Shown piece by piece: positions 25,932 to 35,502 of a DNA stretch of 64,000 nt. How positions within the stretch are numbered: the first letter of the stretch is position 1; every line of letters starts with the position of its first letter. The stretch lies in assembly GCA_030595125.1 (NCBI GenBank), contig JAUVDV010000021.1, positions 5,338-69,337 of the forward strand. Direction: 5' to 3'. The notes under the pieces were generated by a model that saw only the letters and a list, made by a program, of their open reading frames with translations, searched no databases and was not told where the DNA came from. A program made the translations under genes and the position numbers. Source of the DNA: Deltaproteobacteria bacterium (lineage in GTDB: Bacteria; Myxococcota_A; Polyangia; JAAYKL01).

Positions 25932-27461
25932 ATGAAAATCACAATGAAAAAAAAGAAATCAGCTCTCTTCCCGTTGACTTGTGCTTTGTTACTCGCGGCC
26001 TTCGCCTGGAACGGGTGTGGCGGTAATGACGACGAGGGGCAAGAGGCGCAGGGCCACTCGGCTTCCATTGCGGACACGGCTGCCGGCGGTGACGCGTCTG
26101 TTTCTGTTAAGCAAAAAGGGACGGTACGCAACGATGCTGATGCGCAACCGAAGAGCGACAAGGTGATCATGGTGGTGGTCGACGCCCTGCGTGCGGACGG
26201 GCTCGGCTGCTACGGGTATTCAAAGGACACATCCCCCACCATCGACAGATTAGCGAAAGAAGGGATCCTGTTCGAGCGAATGCACTCGGCATCTCCGTGG
26301 ACTGCTCCGTCGTTCGGCACTTTCTATACCGGCGTGTCACCGACCGTGCACGGGGCGGGAAGTATGCTCGCCAGGGGATCATCAAAGGGAACGACTCTGT
26401 TCGGCGTGACGGTGGGCGGCATCCGCAAGGACCTTCCAACGTTGCCTAAACTCCTGCCTGCGAAGGTTCGCAAGGGCGCCATTATCAACAACTCGTTCGT
26501 GTCAAAGGAGCTCGGGTTCGCGCGGGGGGTGGATGATTTCAACCACAAGATCGCTCATCTCACCAGGTATCGCACGGCGGACGAGGTGACCGACATAGCG
26601 GTAAAATGGCTGGAGGAGCACAAGGATGGCCCGTTCTTTCTGATGGCTCATTATTTCGATCCGCACATCCAGTACGGTCCTCCGAAGAAGTACCTGGCGC
26701 AGTTCGCGCCGGACAAACCGAGAAGGATTGCGTACCCCTTTGTGGATCACCACCCGGCGCGGGACGGCACGCTGAAGCCCAACGACGCCGAGAAGGCGTA
26801 TATTCGCGGCCTGTACAACGGAGAGGTCAGGTTCACCGACGATCAGATCGGCGTGCTCATCGGGACCATGGAGAAGATGGGGTTGATGGACGATACCTGG
26901 CTCATCATAACTTCTGACCACGGAGAGGAGCACTTCGATCACGGAAGCTTCGAGCATGGCCACCGATACGAGGAGGAGGTGGTTCGCGTTCCGTTCATCG
27001 TGAGGGCTCCGGGCGGCAAGTGGAAGGCGGGCACGCGGATTGCGGACCCGGTCTCACACGTCGATATCCTGCCGACGGTCCTCGATCTCTATTCCGTACC
27101 CTCACTTCCTCACTTCGAGGGCAGCTCCATGCTTCCCCTTGTCGACGGAAAGAAGCGCCCGGATCGCACATCGTACATGGAGTTCAACCTGTTCAAGGGG
27201 CAGCAATGCGCACTGTTCGACGGGCGCTACAAGGTCGTCTGGGATTTTCGCAGAAATCGGGCGTTCATGTACGACCTGAAAGAAGATCCCGGAGAGCTGA
27301 CAAAACTGGGGAAAGAGCACCCCATGTACGAGGGGATGCTGAAGCGCGTAAAGGCCAGGCGGGAAGAACTGACGCGACAGGCCAGGGGCAAGGTGTTCGA
27401 CAAGGGCGAGCTCTCTCAGGAAGCCGCCGATGCCCTGAAATCCCTGGGATATATAAAATAG
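25932..27461 (+). CDS. sulfatase-family (alkaline-phosphatase superfamily) lipoprotein, Thr-nucleophile variant
   Basis: MVVVDALRADGLGCYG...HSASPWTAPSF aligns with the sulfatase signature S-x-P-x-C-x-P-S-R, but has Thr at the fGly position and Phe for Arg. Confidence 0.7.
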   Translation: MKITMKKKKSALFPLTCALLLAAFAWNGCGGNDDEGQEAQGHSASIADTAAGGDASVSVKQKGTVRNDADAQPKSDKVIMVVVDALRADGLGCYGYSKDTSPTIDRLAKEGILFERMHSASPWTAPSFGTFYTGVSPTVHGAGSMLARGSSKGTTLFGVTVGGIRKDLPTLPKLLPAKVRKGAIINNSFVSKELGFARGVDDFNHKIAHLTRYRTADEVTDIAVKWLEEHKDGPFFLMAHYFDPHIQYGPPKKYLAQFAPDKPRRIAYPFVDHHPARDGTLKPNDAEKAYIRGLYNGEVRFTDDQIGVLIGTMEKMGLMDDTWLIITSDHGEEHFDHGSFEHGHRYEEEVVRVPFIVRAPGGKWKAGTRIADPVSHVDILPTVLDLYSVPSLPHFEGSSMLPLVDGKKRPDRTSYMEFNLFKGQQCALFDGRYKVVWDFRRNRAFMYDLKEDPGELTKLGKEHPMYEGMLKRVKARREELTRQARGKVFDKGELSQEAADALKSLGYIK

Positions 27462-27474
27462 GGGAGGCATCACG

Positions 27475-28983
27475 GTGAGCCAGCCGGACGGACGTACAGG
27501 GATCGGGGCAATCGATATAGGAACCACGGGGGTTCGCTTCGTGTTGTACGACGGAGAGGCAAACCCTGTTGCGTCAGCGTATCGCGAGCTGCCGCTGGCA
27601 ACGCCGAAGCCGGGATGGGTCGAGCAGGATCCGGAGGGTTTGTTGGCGGCCACATTTGCTGTGCTAAACGAAGTGCTGGGCCGGGATGATGAACAGGTGA
27701 GCGCTCTCGCCTGCATCGGGGTGACCAATCAACGCGAGACGGTGGTGGCCTGGGACAGGAATACCGGGCGGTCGCTTCACCCCGCAATCGTCTGGCAGGA
27801 TCGGCGCACGGCGAAACGATGCGAGGAGCTTCGTCAACGTGGACAGGAGAGTAAAATCCACGATCGAACCGGCCTGTCTCTCGATCCGTACTTCTCTGCC
27901 ACCAAGATCGAGTGGCTCATGGAGCACGTGCCAGGTTTGCGGAAGAGCGCCGCCGATGGAACCGCTCTGTTCGGCACGGTTGATTCGTGGCTTCTGTGGC
28001 ACCTCACCGGCGAGCACGTTACCGACGACACCAACGCGTCGCGCACGATGCTGTTCAATATCGACAAAACGGACTGGGACGACGAGATCCTTTCGCTGTT
28101 CGGCGTACCGAGATCGGCTCTTCCGAAGGTTCTTCCCAGCTTGTCGGTCTTCGGACGGATAAAGTCCGGGATGGTGGCGGCCGGGGTCCCGATCGCAGGG
28201 GTGCTGGGAGATCAGCAAGGCTCCACGCTCGGCCAGGGTGTTGTCTCACCGGGGCAGGCGCAAGTGACGTGGGGGACCGGCGCGTTTCTGTTGATGAACA
28301 CCGGTGAGCGACGAGCGCGAAGTCAATCAGGTCTCCTGGCGACGATCGCCCGGACGTCTCCGAATGAACCGACGGTCTACGCTCTGGAGGGGTCGATATT
28401 CGTCGCCGGCGCGGCGATACAGTGGCTGCGCGATGGTATGGGCCTGCTGGCCGACGCTGCCGAGTCGCAGGAGATGTCACTCAGTGTCGATTCAACCGAC
28501 GGCGTGGTCTTTGTCCCGGCGCTGACGGGGCTGGGATCTCCGTATTGGGATCCGGACGCGCGCGGTCTCATCATCGGAATCACTCGCGGCACCCGACGTG
28601 AGCACCTGGTTCGTGCTGCGCTGGAGGCCATTGCCTATCAAACCCACGACGTCGTCCGCGCGATGGAAAACGACGCCGGCAGCCCATTGTCAGAGCTGCG
28701 GGTAGGTGGCGGAGCGGCTCGGAACGATTTTCTCTGCCAGTTCCAGAGCGATATTTTGGGAATTCCGGTCATTCGCCCGCGCCACATGGAGACAACCGCG
28801 CAAGGGGTAGCGTTCGCCGCAGGAATAGCCGTCGGCCTGTGGGACGGTGTCGAAGCCGTCGCCGACTTGTGGCAGGAAGATCGCCGGTTCGAACCCACCA
28901 TGCCGCCTGAAGTTGCAAAGACACTACTCAATAACTGGACCCGCGCCGTGGAACGAGCAAAAGGCTGGGGTGGAGGGGAATAG
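27475..28983 (+). CDS. glpK: glycerol kinase
   Basis: FGGY-family N-terminus GAIDIGTTGVRF, WDRNTGRSLHPAIVWQDRRT, C-terminal GGGA...FLCQFQSDILG. Confidence 0.85.
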   Translation: MSQPDGRTGIGAIDIGTTGVRFVLYDGEANPVASAYRELPLATPKPGWVEQDPEGLLAATFAVLNEVLGRDDEQVSALACIGVTNQRETVVAWDRNTGRSLHPAIVWQDRRTAKRCEELRQRGQESKIHDRTGLSLDPYFSATKIEWLMEHVPGLRKSAADGTALFGTVDSWLLWHLTGEHVTDDTNASRTMLFNIDKTDWDDEILSLFGVPRSALPKVLPSLSVFGRIKSGMVAAGVPIAGVLGDQQGSTLGQGVVSPGQAQVTWGTGAFLLMNTGERRARSQSGLLATIARTSPNEPTVYALEGSIFVAGAAIQWLRDGMGLLADAAESQEMSLSVDSTDGVVFVPALTGLGSPYWDPDARGLIIGITRGTRREHLVRAALEAIAYQTHDVVRAMENDAGSPLSELRVGGGAARNDFLCQFQSDILGIPVIRPRHMETTAQGVAFAAGIAVGLWDGVEAVADLWQEDRRFEPTMPPEVAKTLLNNWTRAVERAKGWGGGE

Positions 28984-29016
28984 TGTGGTTGGGGTCATAC
29001 GGACCCCATCCACCAC

Positions 29017-29562
29017 CTACATCAGGCTCTCCCCTTCGGCGCAGTGATACATATCAACATAGATTTCGTATTGCCCCTCGGGACATCTCGCCAGGTACAG
29101 GTCGATGATCCTGCCGCAGCTTCCCCCCGGTCCCATGCTCCCTACCCGTGCATCGCGCGCTTGCTCGACACTCGAGAACGGGTGGAAACCGTCGTCGCAC
29201 GCCAGCTCCGCAATGTACTTGTACGAGTCAGCCGCGCCACAGATCTCCACGGGCACTTCTTTGGAGGACTTCACCATGGAGAACTGGTAAAGGCCGTGCC
29301 CCCAGCGTTGACTCGCCCTTTCGGACGTCCAGGGAATAGTGCCCATTAAACCCAGAGAGTCTGGATCCACCAGGCATGCAAACGGCCGCCCGAGGTCCAC
29401 ATTGCTCGTCGTCACGCCGTCTCTCGGCTGAGCGTCGGTCGCGGGAGGAGTTGTCTGCGAATGGGGAGTGGTCGTCTCTTCCCCTGGCGCGCCGCCGCAT
29501 CCGATGATGATGGTCAGTGTCCCGAGAACCGCCGCCAATTGAATCCGTTTGAAAAAAATCAT
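29017..29562 (-). CDS. hypothetical lipoprotein
   Basis: MIFFKRIQLAAVLGTLTIIIGC lipobox; Cys-containing C-terminal domain. Confidence 0.45.
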   Translation of the reverse strand: MIFFKRIQLAAVLGTLTIIIGCGGAPGEETTTPHSQTTPPATDAQPRDGVTTSNVDLGRPFACLVDPDSLGLMGTIPWTSERASQRWGHGLYQFSMVKSSKEVPVEICGAADSYKYIAELACDDGFHPFSSVEQARDARVGSMGPGGSCGRIIDLYLARCPEGQYEIYVDMYHCAEGESLM

Positions 29563-29584
29563 CTTCTCTGTCCCCTCTTTTTTT

Positions 29585-30538
29585 TCAAGGCCCATCCGGC
29601 CAGTCTCTGGCGCAGCGGAAGCCGGACATTATCATCCTCCACCCACCGGGATGATGAACCCTGTTGGATGCTCGCAATCCCCATGGAAAGTAATTGAAAG
29701 CGCCACCCCTCAGCACGTACTCGCAGTCGGTGGGGATGGGGTTGGAGCCGGTGAAGCCCTGCAGCCCTTCTTTTCGGAGCATGTCCTGGGTGCGTTTGAT
29801 CTCACTACAATCGGCGGGGATTCCCCTGTCGGCGGTCGGTCGCATGTATGCGTGCGGATCGTAGTGATCCGATGTCCACTCCCAGACGTTTCCCGCCAGA
29901 TCCAGATGACCGTACGGGCCGGCGCCCTTCGGTTTACTGCCCACGTTCGCAGTGACGTTTTGCAGGTGTACCGCGTGTCGTCCGGTGGGCTCCTCGTTTC
30001 CCCATGCGTACATGCGGTTGTCCGATCCTCGGGCGGCCCGCTCGAACTCCGCCTCGCGCGGCAGGCGCTTTTCCTTCCACTTGCAATAGGTGGCGGCGTC
30101 TTGTTGGGATACCGAGGATACGGGGCGCTTCGGTGTTCTGAACTCCGATTCCTGTGCGAATTTGGTTTTGGAGTTGTCGACCCTTTTGGGTTTTCGGCAG
30201 ACGCCGGCGTCCACGCACTCCATGTACGCTTTGTTGGTAACTTCGGTCTTGTCCAGGAGGAATGGGGCGACGGTGACCTGGTGCTCGGTGCGTTCGTCTC
30301 TGATGGCGCGTTTGTGGTTGAGGCCCATTGTGAATGTTCCGCCGGGGACGCCGAGCATTCCCTCGGGTGTACTATCGCCCGCCCGCTCGACAGACGCTCC
30401 CTCCAGGCTTTTCGGAACTCTCATACCGACGCGGCCTACTATTCCCTTTTTTTGTGATACGGGCTTGCCCGCCGGTTCGACGTTTTTCTTTTCCTCGGGA
30501 GGTGGCGAACTGCAGGAGACCAGAAGAAAGACACACAT
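29585..30538 (-). CDS. FGE-sulfatase (SUMF1/EgtB/PvdO-like) domain lipoprotein
   Basis: MCVFLLVSCSS lipobox; GTFTMG...VTVAPFLLDKTEVTNKAY...HLDLAGNVWEWTSD...RGGAF motifs of the formylglycine-generating-enzyme fold. The Arg-rich 5' extension of ORF 29585..31384 is out-of-frame overlap with the next gene. Confidence 0.75.
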   Translation of the reverse strand: MCVFLLVSCSSPPPEEKKNVEPAGKPVSQKKGIVGRVGMRVPKSLEGASVERAGDSTPEGMLGVPGGTFTMGLNHKRAIRDERTEHQVTVAPFLLDKTEVTNKAYMECVDAGVCRKPKRVDNSKTKFAQESEFRTPKRPVSSVSQQDAATYCKWKEKRLPREAEFERAARGSDNRMYAWGNEEPTGRHAVHLQNVTANVGSKPKGAGPYGHLDLAGNVWEWTSDHYDPHAYMRPTADRGIPADCSEIKRTQDMLRKEGLQGFTGSNPIPTDCEYVLRGGAFNYFPWGLRASNRVHHPGGWRMIMSGFRCARDWPDGP

Positions 30539-30567
30539 TGCGAATGACAGTCTGGTGAGATGAAAAA

Positions 30568-31743
30568 TCACTTCAGCGCTTCGGTGCCGGCCTTTGAGAA
30601 ATCGCGTCCCCAGCAGATGCGATCGTGGGCCTCTTTTGGAAGCGAAGTCTTGCCGTCGACGGCGAGGGAGGCAACCTCCTGCCCGACCCCGGGGCCGAGC
30701 ATGAACCCCTGACCGCACATCCCGACCGCCAGGGTGAGCCCCTCGATTTGTGGCACGTTGTCGATGATGGGAACCCCGTCCGGGGTCATTGGATAGCACC
30801 CCCGCCAGACGCGCCTGACGAGCAGGTGCCGCATCCTGGGGATCAGGGATATCATACGGGCGGCGAGGATCGGCAAGAACTCCGAGAGGGATTCCCGGTT
30901 GTTGCCGATGAAGAGATCCTTTGGGGTGTAGCAGAAGATGATCTGTCCCTCGTCGTTCTGGCCGAAGTAGAAGTTGACTGTCTTTCCATCCGGACCCGGC
31001 CGCATGTCGACCACCAGGGGTTCGAGAAAACGTTCCACGGGCGCGGTGATCCCCGCCTCGTGGGAGTCGGGTTGAACGGGGATGTCGATACCCAGAAACT
31101 CGCCGTCCTGCCGGGCGTCGGAGCCGGTTGCCACGATAACCATAGGCGCTTCGTAGCTCCCCTTGTCGGTCCTGACGCCGCGAATCTTTTTCCCGTCGAT
31201 GTTGTAGCCGATCACCTTCTCGTTGAACCGGAACTTTGCGTCCAGTTCCATGGCCGCGCGCTGGAACGCCACCGGAACCTTGAGCGGTGAGAGCTGGCCG
31301 TCGTTGGGAGAGTAGGTTCCGCCTCGCAGACCCTTGCGCTCGATCCCCGGGACCAGTTCTGCCATACCGTCCGCGTCCACCCATTTAATTTCCAGGTTGT
31401 ATTTGTGTTGAATGGGGAACAGCCCGCGAAGGGTTTTTTCGAGGGGTTCGTCGTAGACGGGGAATGCGTAGCCGCCGGTCTTCCAGCCCACGTCGCTTCC
31501 GTGGGTCTCCTTCCATGTGGACATCTGGGCGAGACTTCGACTGCAAAGGACTATCTTGGCCGGGTCGGAGTGGGTCGCGCGTATTCCGCCGATGGCTGTT
31601 TTGTTGTCCCCCTGGCCGACGGCGGGACGACGATCCAGGACCAGGACCTTCAGGCCGCGCAGCGCCAGGTTGTATGCGCTCGGGACGCCGACGCTGCCGC
31701 CGCCCACCACGATCGCGTCGTAGGTTTTAGTCGGCATCGCCAT
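30568..31743 (-). CDS. FAD-dependent oxidoreductase, DAO family (OoxB/HcnC/sarcosine-oxidase-beta/proline-DH-beta-like)
   Basis: N-terminal dinucleotide fold YDAIVVGGGSVG; DAO-type architecture; C-terminal GxGxxG...G motif. Start overlaps the upstream gene stop by 17 nt. Confidence 0.75.
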   Translation of the reverse strand: MAMPTKTYDAIVVGGGSVGVPSAYNLALRGLKVLVLDRRPAVGQGDNKTAIGGIRATHSDPAKIVLCSRSLAQMSTWKETHGSDVGWKTGGYAFPVYDEPLEKTLRGLFPIQHKYNLEIKWVDADGMAELVPGIERKGLRGGTYSPNDGQLSPLKVPVAFQRAAMELDAKFRFNEKVIGYNIDGKKIRGVRTDKGSYEAPMVIVATGSDARQDGEFLGIDIPVQPDSHEAGITAPVERFLEPLVVDMRPGPDGKTVNFYFGQNDEGQIIFCYTPKDLFIGNNRESLSEFLPILAARMISLIPRMRHLLVRRVWRGCYPMTPDGVPIIDNVPQIEGLTLAVGMCGQGFMLGPGVGQEVASLAVDGKTSLPKEAHDRICWGRDFSKAGTEALK

Positions 31744-33796
31744 CTTCCTTGTGTGCAAAAGCTCCCAGCGGGATTTCAGCCACCAGGGGTCGGTTGGTTC
31801 CCGGAGTGATTTCGTCGAGGACCACGCCTTCCTCCCTGAAGATGCGGTAGACCAGCTCCGTGCACGTCTTCCCGCCGCAGCCGCCCATGCTCGGTCTGGC
31901 AAGGGCCTTGAGCTGGTTGATGTCCTTCACTCCGGCCCGGATCTCCTTGACGATTTCGCTCTTCTTCACGCGTTCGCAGCGGCAGACTATGGGGTCGTCG
32001 TCGTCGTCCGGGAGCAGCGGATCCACCGGGACGGAGGGCCCACGGATTGTGAAGCCGGCCACTTTGAGGCGCTCCTCGAACGGCACCTCTACCATCAACA
32101 GGCGTCGGCGATCTTGATCGGGACGCTCCCGAACGGCCAACACCTTGCCCTCGCCGATGATGTTGCCGTCGAAATCGACCGTCTTGACGTCGCCGCCAAG
32201 TGGGATCATGTCGTCGCTGTACTCGAAGGGAAGCATCAGCAAGGCTGTTTTCTTTTGTGGATCGTAGTCCTCGCAGACGAGGTTGATCGCCAGCCCCGGG
32301 CACAGGGTCACGCAGTTGCCGCAGCCGAGGCAGCCATCTGTGTAGCGCGGGAGCCCCATGATGCCCTCCATCTCGATGAGGTTTTCGGGGCATGCCTCCG
32401 TGCACGGGTTGCACGGAATCTCCTGGACGCATCGGATGACCGGGTAGACTCGTTCCCCGCCTTTCGGGATCTCCCAGGCTTCGACCTCTCCGGGCTTGCT
32501 GCGCAGCACCTCGGCCAGAGGTTCCCAGTGCTCGGGGATGTCCAGGGGAACCCCCAGATCTCTGGCTATCTTGCGGCCGATTATTCTGCCCGAGAAGATG
32601 GCGGCGGAGGCCTCGGCGACTTCTTCAGAATCTCCCGCGGCGTACACATTGAGGCCATACTCACGTGCCTTGATGAGGATCTCGTCCACCGACGCCAGCC
32701 CCACGGCGATGAGCAGGGTGTCGGCCTCGAAGGTCTTCTCGGTGCCGGCGATGGGTTGGAACCTCTCGTCCACCTGCGCGATGGTGACTTTTTCCAGATG
32801 CGTTTCGCCCCAGGCCTTGACCACCGTGTGGCTGGTCCAGATGGGGACGCCGAATCTCTTGAGCTTGTCCGCGTGAACCTTGTACCCACCGCACTCGGGA
32901 AGACCCTCCACCAGGCCCACCACGTCTATTCCGGCCTGGAGCGCGTGGTAGCCGCCGATGAGCCCCACGTTTCCGCCGCCGAGGATGAACAGCTTTTTGG
33001 ATGCTCCGATCAGGTCGCGATTGACAAGGGTCTGGAACGCGCCGGCGCCGTATATCCCGGGGAGGTCCGCTCCGGGGAATGCCAGTGATTTTTCTCTGGC
33101 GCCCATGGCGATGAGGACGTTTTTCGGGGTGACGAGCTTGTACCCGCCGGGAGTGGAGACCCCGACCTTGCCGTCCCAGAATATTCCCACGGCGGTGGTG
33201 TCGGTCCAGATCTGGATGTCGGGTAGATCGTCCAGCGCGTCGGTCAGAAGGTGACCGATATCAATTCCACGGGTGCCCGCCCAGCAGTCGGCCACGGATC
33301 CGAAGAAACCGTGGGTCTGGAGGGTGAGTTTGCCGCCGAGTTCCGGCTTGTCGTCCACTATCAGAACGTCGATTCCCACTTTGCCCAGCTCCACGGCTGC
33401 GCTCAGGCCCGCAGGTCCGCCGCCGATGATGAGAACATCGACCTCCACGTCCGGGGGGCGATGAAGGGACTTCACCTGATCGTCTGCGGGAAGGGGAGGG
33501 TTCCCCTGCGCGCTTGCGACCTCCATGCCGGGCTTAACCGCGACCATGCACGACTTGACGGCCCGGCCGTCGGCCAGGACCGTGCACTGGGAGCATTGTC
33601 CGTTGGCGCAGAAGATGCCCTGCGGCCCCCCGTCGCGATGGTGGCGCCCGAAAATAGAAATTCCCGAGGCGAACAGCGCCGACGCGATCATCTCGCCGGG
33701 GCGGGCTTTCAAGGATTGCCCGTCGAAGGTGAAATCGACGGTTCCGTCTGGCAACGGCTCCAGAATCGGATGGGATTGGATGCGTCGCTGGGTCAT
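31727..33796 (-). CDS. multidomain FAD/NAD(P)-binding iron-sulfur oxidoreductase (SoxA/OoxA/HcnB-like): [2Fe-2S] + two Rossmann folds + 2x[4Fe-4S] + BFD-like [2Fe-2S]
   Basis: N-terminal Fer2_4-like GIFCANGQCSQC; DVLIIGGGPAGLSAA and LFILGGGNVGLIGG; ferredoxin insert CNPCTEACP...CLGCGNCVTLCP; C-terminal CRCE...CGGKTC. Confidence 0.75.
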   Translation of the reverse strand: MTQRRIQSHPILEPLPDGTVDFTFDGQSLKARPGEMIASALFASGISIFGRHHRDGGPQGIFCANGQCSQCTVLADGRAVKSCMVAVKPGMEVASAQGNPPLPADDQVKSLHRPPDVEVDVLIIGGGPAGLSAAVELGKVGIDVLIVDDKPELGGKLTLQTHGFFGSVADCWAGTRGIDIGHLLTDALDDLPDIQIWTDTTAVGIFWDGKVGVSTPGGYKLVTPKNVLIAMGAREKSLAFPGADLPGIYGAGAFQTLVNRDLIGASKKLFILGGGNVGLIGGYHALQAGIDVVGLVEGLPECGGYKVHADKLKRFGVPIWTSHTVVKAWGETHLEKVTIAQVDERFQPIAGTEKTFEADTLLIAVGLASVDEILIKAREYGLNVYAAGDSEEVAEASAAIFSGRIIGRKIARDLGVPLDIPEHWEPLAEVLRSKPGEVEAWEIPKGGERVYPVIRCVQEIPCNPCTEACPENLIEMEGIMGLPRYTDGCLGCGNCVTLCPGLAINLVCEDYDPQKKTALLMLPFEYSDDMIPLGGDVKTVDFDGNIIGEGKVLAVRERPDQDRRRLLMVEVPFEERLKVAGFTIRGPSVPVDPLLPDDDDDPIVCRCERVKKSEIVKEIRAGVKDINQLKALARPSMGGCGGKTCTELVYRIFREEGVVLDEITPGTNRPLVAEIPLGAFAHKEDGDAD

Positions 33797-35502
33797 CGGT
33801 CCGCCTGCCTTTCCGCATCAGAGGCAGCCGCCGGGTCGGAGGCCAGAACGGGTTGCACGTGAGAGTTTCTCCAGGAGCCTTTGCGCAACAGGAGGAGGTA
33901 CTGGATCAACTCCGAGAGATCGCCCGTCTCGACAATATCGATGTCGTTGTCCTGAGCAGTTGTCAGGCGCTCGCGAAGGATCGCGATCTCTTTTGGGGGA
34001 AGCGCGAGTTGCAGATTGATCTGGGGCATCGGCCCGATGTGAACGCCCCTTGATTTGCTTGCCTCCAGATCTTTGCCGAGTATCGCCGGGAGTCGCGCAG
34101 GCTCAAGCAGGTGCCCCAACAGGATATCGAGATACGGAATGGCGCCTGCGTCGACGGAGCCTTTCGCCGATTTTGCTGCCGGGATCTCGTGGCTGTCGAG
34201 CCAGGCTTTTCCGTCGATGCTCAGCTCGTCGCGTTCGCATAGCCATCGGGTGACGGCCAGGGCGTCGTCCATTCCGTCCAGGGCATGATCGATCGGGAGA
34301 GTGGTTTTCAGGGGTGTTGGATCCGTGGCTTTTAAAAAATCCGCGATGGCGATGGTCGGCCCCTGCAGTCCGGGCAATGGCTCCACGAATTGCACACGTC
34401 CCTCGCCGAGGCCCACAAGACGGGCCAGGCGCTCCATCTGCTTGACTGTGTAACGCGCGTGTTTTTCCGATCCGTCCAGTTTGCATGTGGACTCGTGTCT
34501 CCCCATGACCAGTACCCCGTCATGACCTCTGGCGAGGGCGCCGATGAGCATTGCCGGGGTCACGCCCCCCACGCAGGGAAGCTCCATCACGTGTGCTCCG
34601 TCGGGGATAGTGGGCGAGGTCGGGATTTTGAGGGCAGACCTGCCGCACGCGATAACAAGGATACCCCCTGAGTTTTTGGGAAGATCCCTTGATGCGCGCG
34701 GTTGGGCTATTGCGCCGGTCGGGCACGCGGCCACGCAGACACCGCAGCCCCGGCACGCCTCCCGATCGATCGTGGAGACCGGCATTGCTCCTTTTTGCAG
34801 GACCACACGGGGAACTCGAAAGGGGCACGCCTCTTCGCAGGCGCCGCAACCCCGGCATTTTTCTGTCTCCACGCCGCAGACCGCGACGGGGAACTCCCGC
34901 TCCCAGATCTCGTAGACGCCGCCCTCGCGCCGATCCTTTATGTGCCCGGTGGGACACACGGAGGCACAGGATCCGCACCCGACGCAATCCTCGGGGGGCT
35001 TGTTGTCGAAGGTTCCGACCACCTTGTCGGAGCCCCGGTTAAGGGTTGAGATCGCGCTGGTGGCGTAGGTTTCGCAGACCCGGGTGCACATCCCGCACAG
35101 GATGCAGGTTTCGTCGCCCTCGGTGAAACGGGACTCGACGACGCCGAGCTTGAGCGCGAGCTTGCGAATCTCGGGGACGTTCGGGCAGCGGGCGAGCAGG
35201 GCCTCCATGGTCATGCGGCGGTATTGCACGACCTCCTGTGAGGCGGTGCGAAAGACCATCCCCTCGTTCACCGGGTAGTTGCACGCCGTGACAAATTTAC
35301 TCCATCCGTCGCGAACGTGCTCCACGATGCAAAGCCTGCAGGCGCCCGCCGGTTCGAGGGCGTCGTGATGGCAGAGGGTGGGGATGGAGATTCCCATGCG
35401 AGACGCCACGCTCAACAGGGAGGCGCGGTACGGAGCGGATATTTTGTGACCGTCGATGGTTATGGAAACAAGCTTTGTGGATTTATTGTCCATCGTGTTC
35501 AT
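33793..35502 (-). CDS. NuoG/HndD-like [2Fe-2S]/[4Fe-4S] protein fused to an MvhD/FlpD-like domain
   Basis: N-terminal ISIPTLCHHDALEPAGACRLCIV (NuoG-type 2Fe-2S); several CxxCxxCxxxCP clusters; ILVIACGRSAL...ELPCVGGVTPAMLIGALARGHDGVLVMGRHESTC matches the MvhD fold pattern. ATG at 35502 overlaps the nuoF-like TGA (ATGA). Confidence 0.7.
   Translation of the reverse strand: MNTMDNKSTKLVSITIDGHKISAPYRASLLSVASRMGISIPTLCHHDALEPAGACRLCIVEHVRDGWSKFVTACNYPVNEGMVFRTASQEVVQYRRMTMEALLARCPNVPEIRKLALKLGVVESRFTEGDETCILCGMCTRVCETYATSAISTLNRGSDKVVGTFDNKPPEDCVGCGSCASVCPTGHIKDRREGGVYEIWEREFPVAVCGVETEKCRGCGACEEACPFRVPRVVLQKGAMPVSTIDREACRGCGVCVAACPTGAIAQPRASRDLPKNSGGILVIACGRSALKIPTSPTIPDGAHVMELPCVGGVTPAMLIGALARGHDGVLVMGRHESTCKLDGSEKHARYTVKQMERLARLVGLGEGRVQFVEPLPGLQGPTIAIADFLKATDPTPLKTTLPIDHALDGMDDALAVTRWLCERDELSIDGKAWLDSHEIPAAKSAKGSVDAGAIPYLDILLGHLLEPARLPAILGKDLEASKSRGVHIGPMPQINLQLALPPKEIAILRERLTTAQDNDIDIVETGDLSELIQYLLLLRKGSWRNSHVQPVLASDPAAASDAERQADR

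Noticed and set aside
30539-31384. Arg-rich N-terminal 280 aa of ORF 29585..31384
   Set aside because: Out-of-frame overlap with the DAO-family gene 30568..31743. The real FGE-like CDS starts at the lipoprotein signal MCVFLLVSC (30538).
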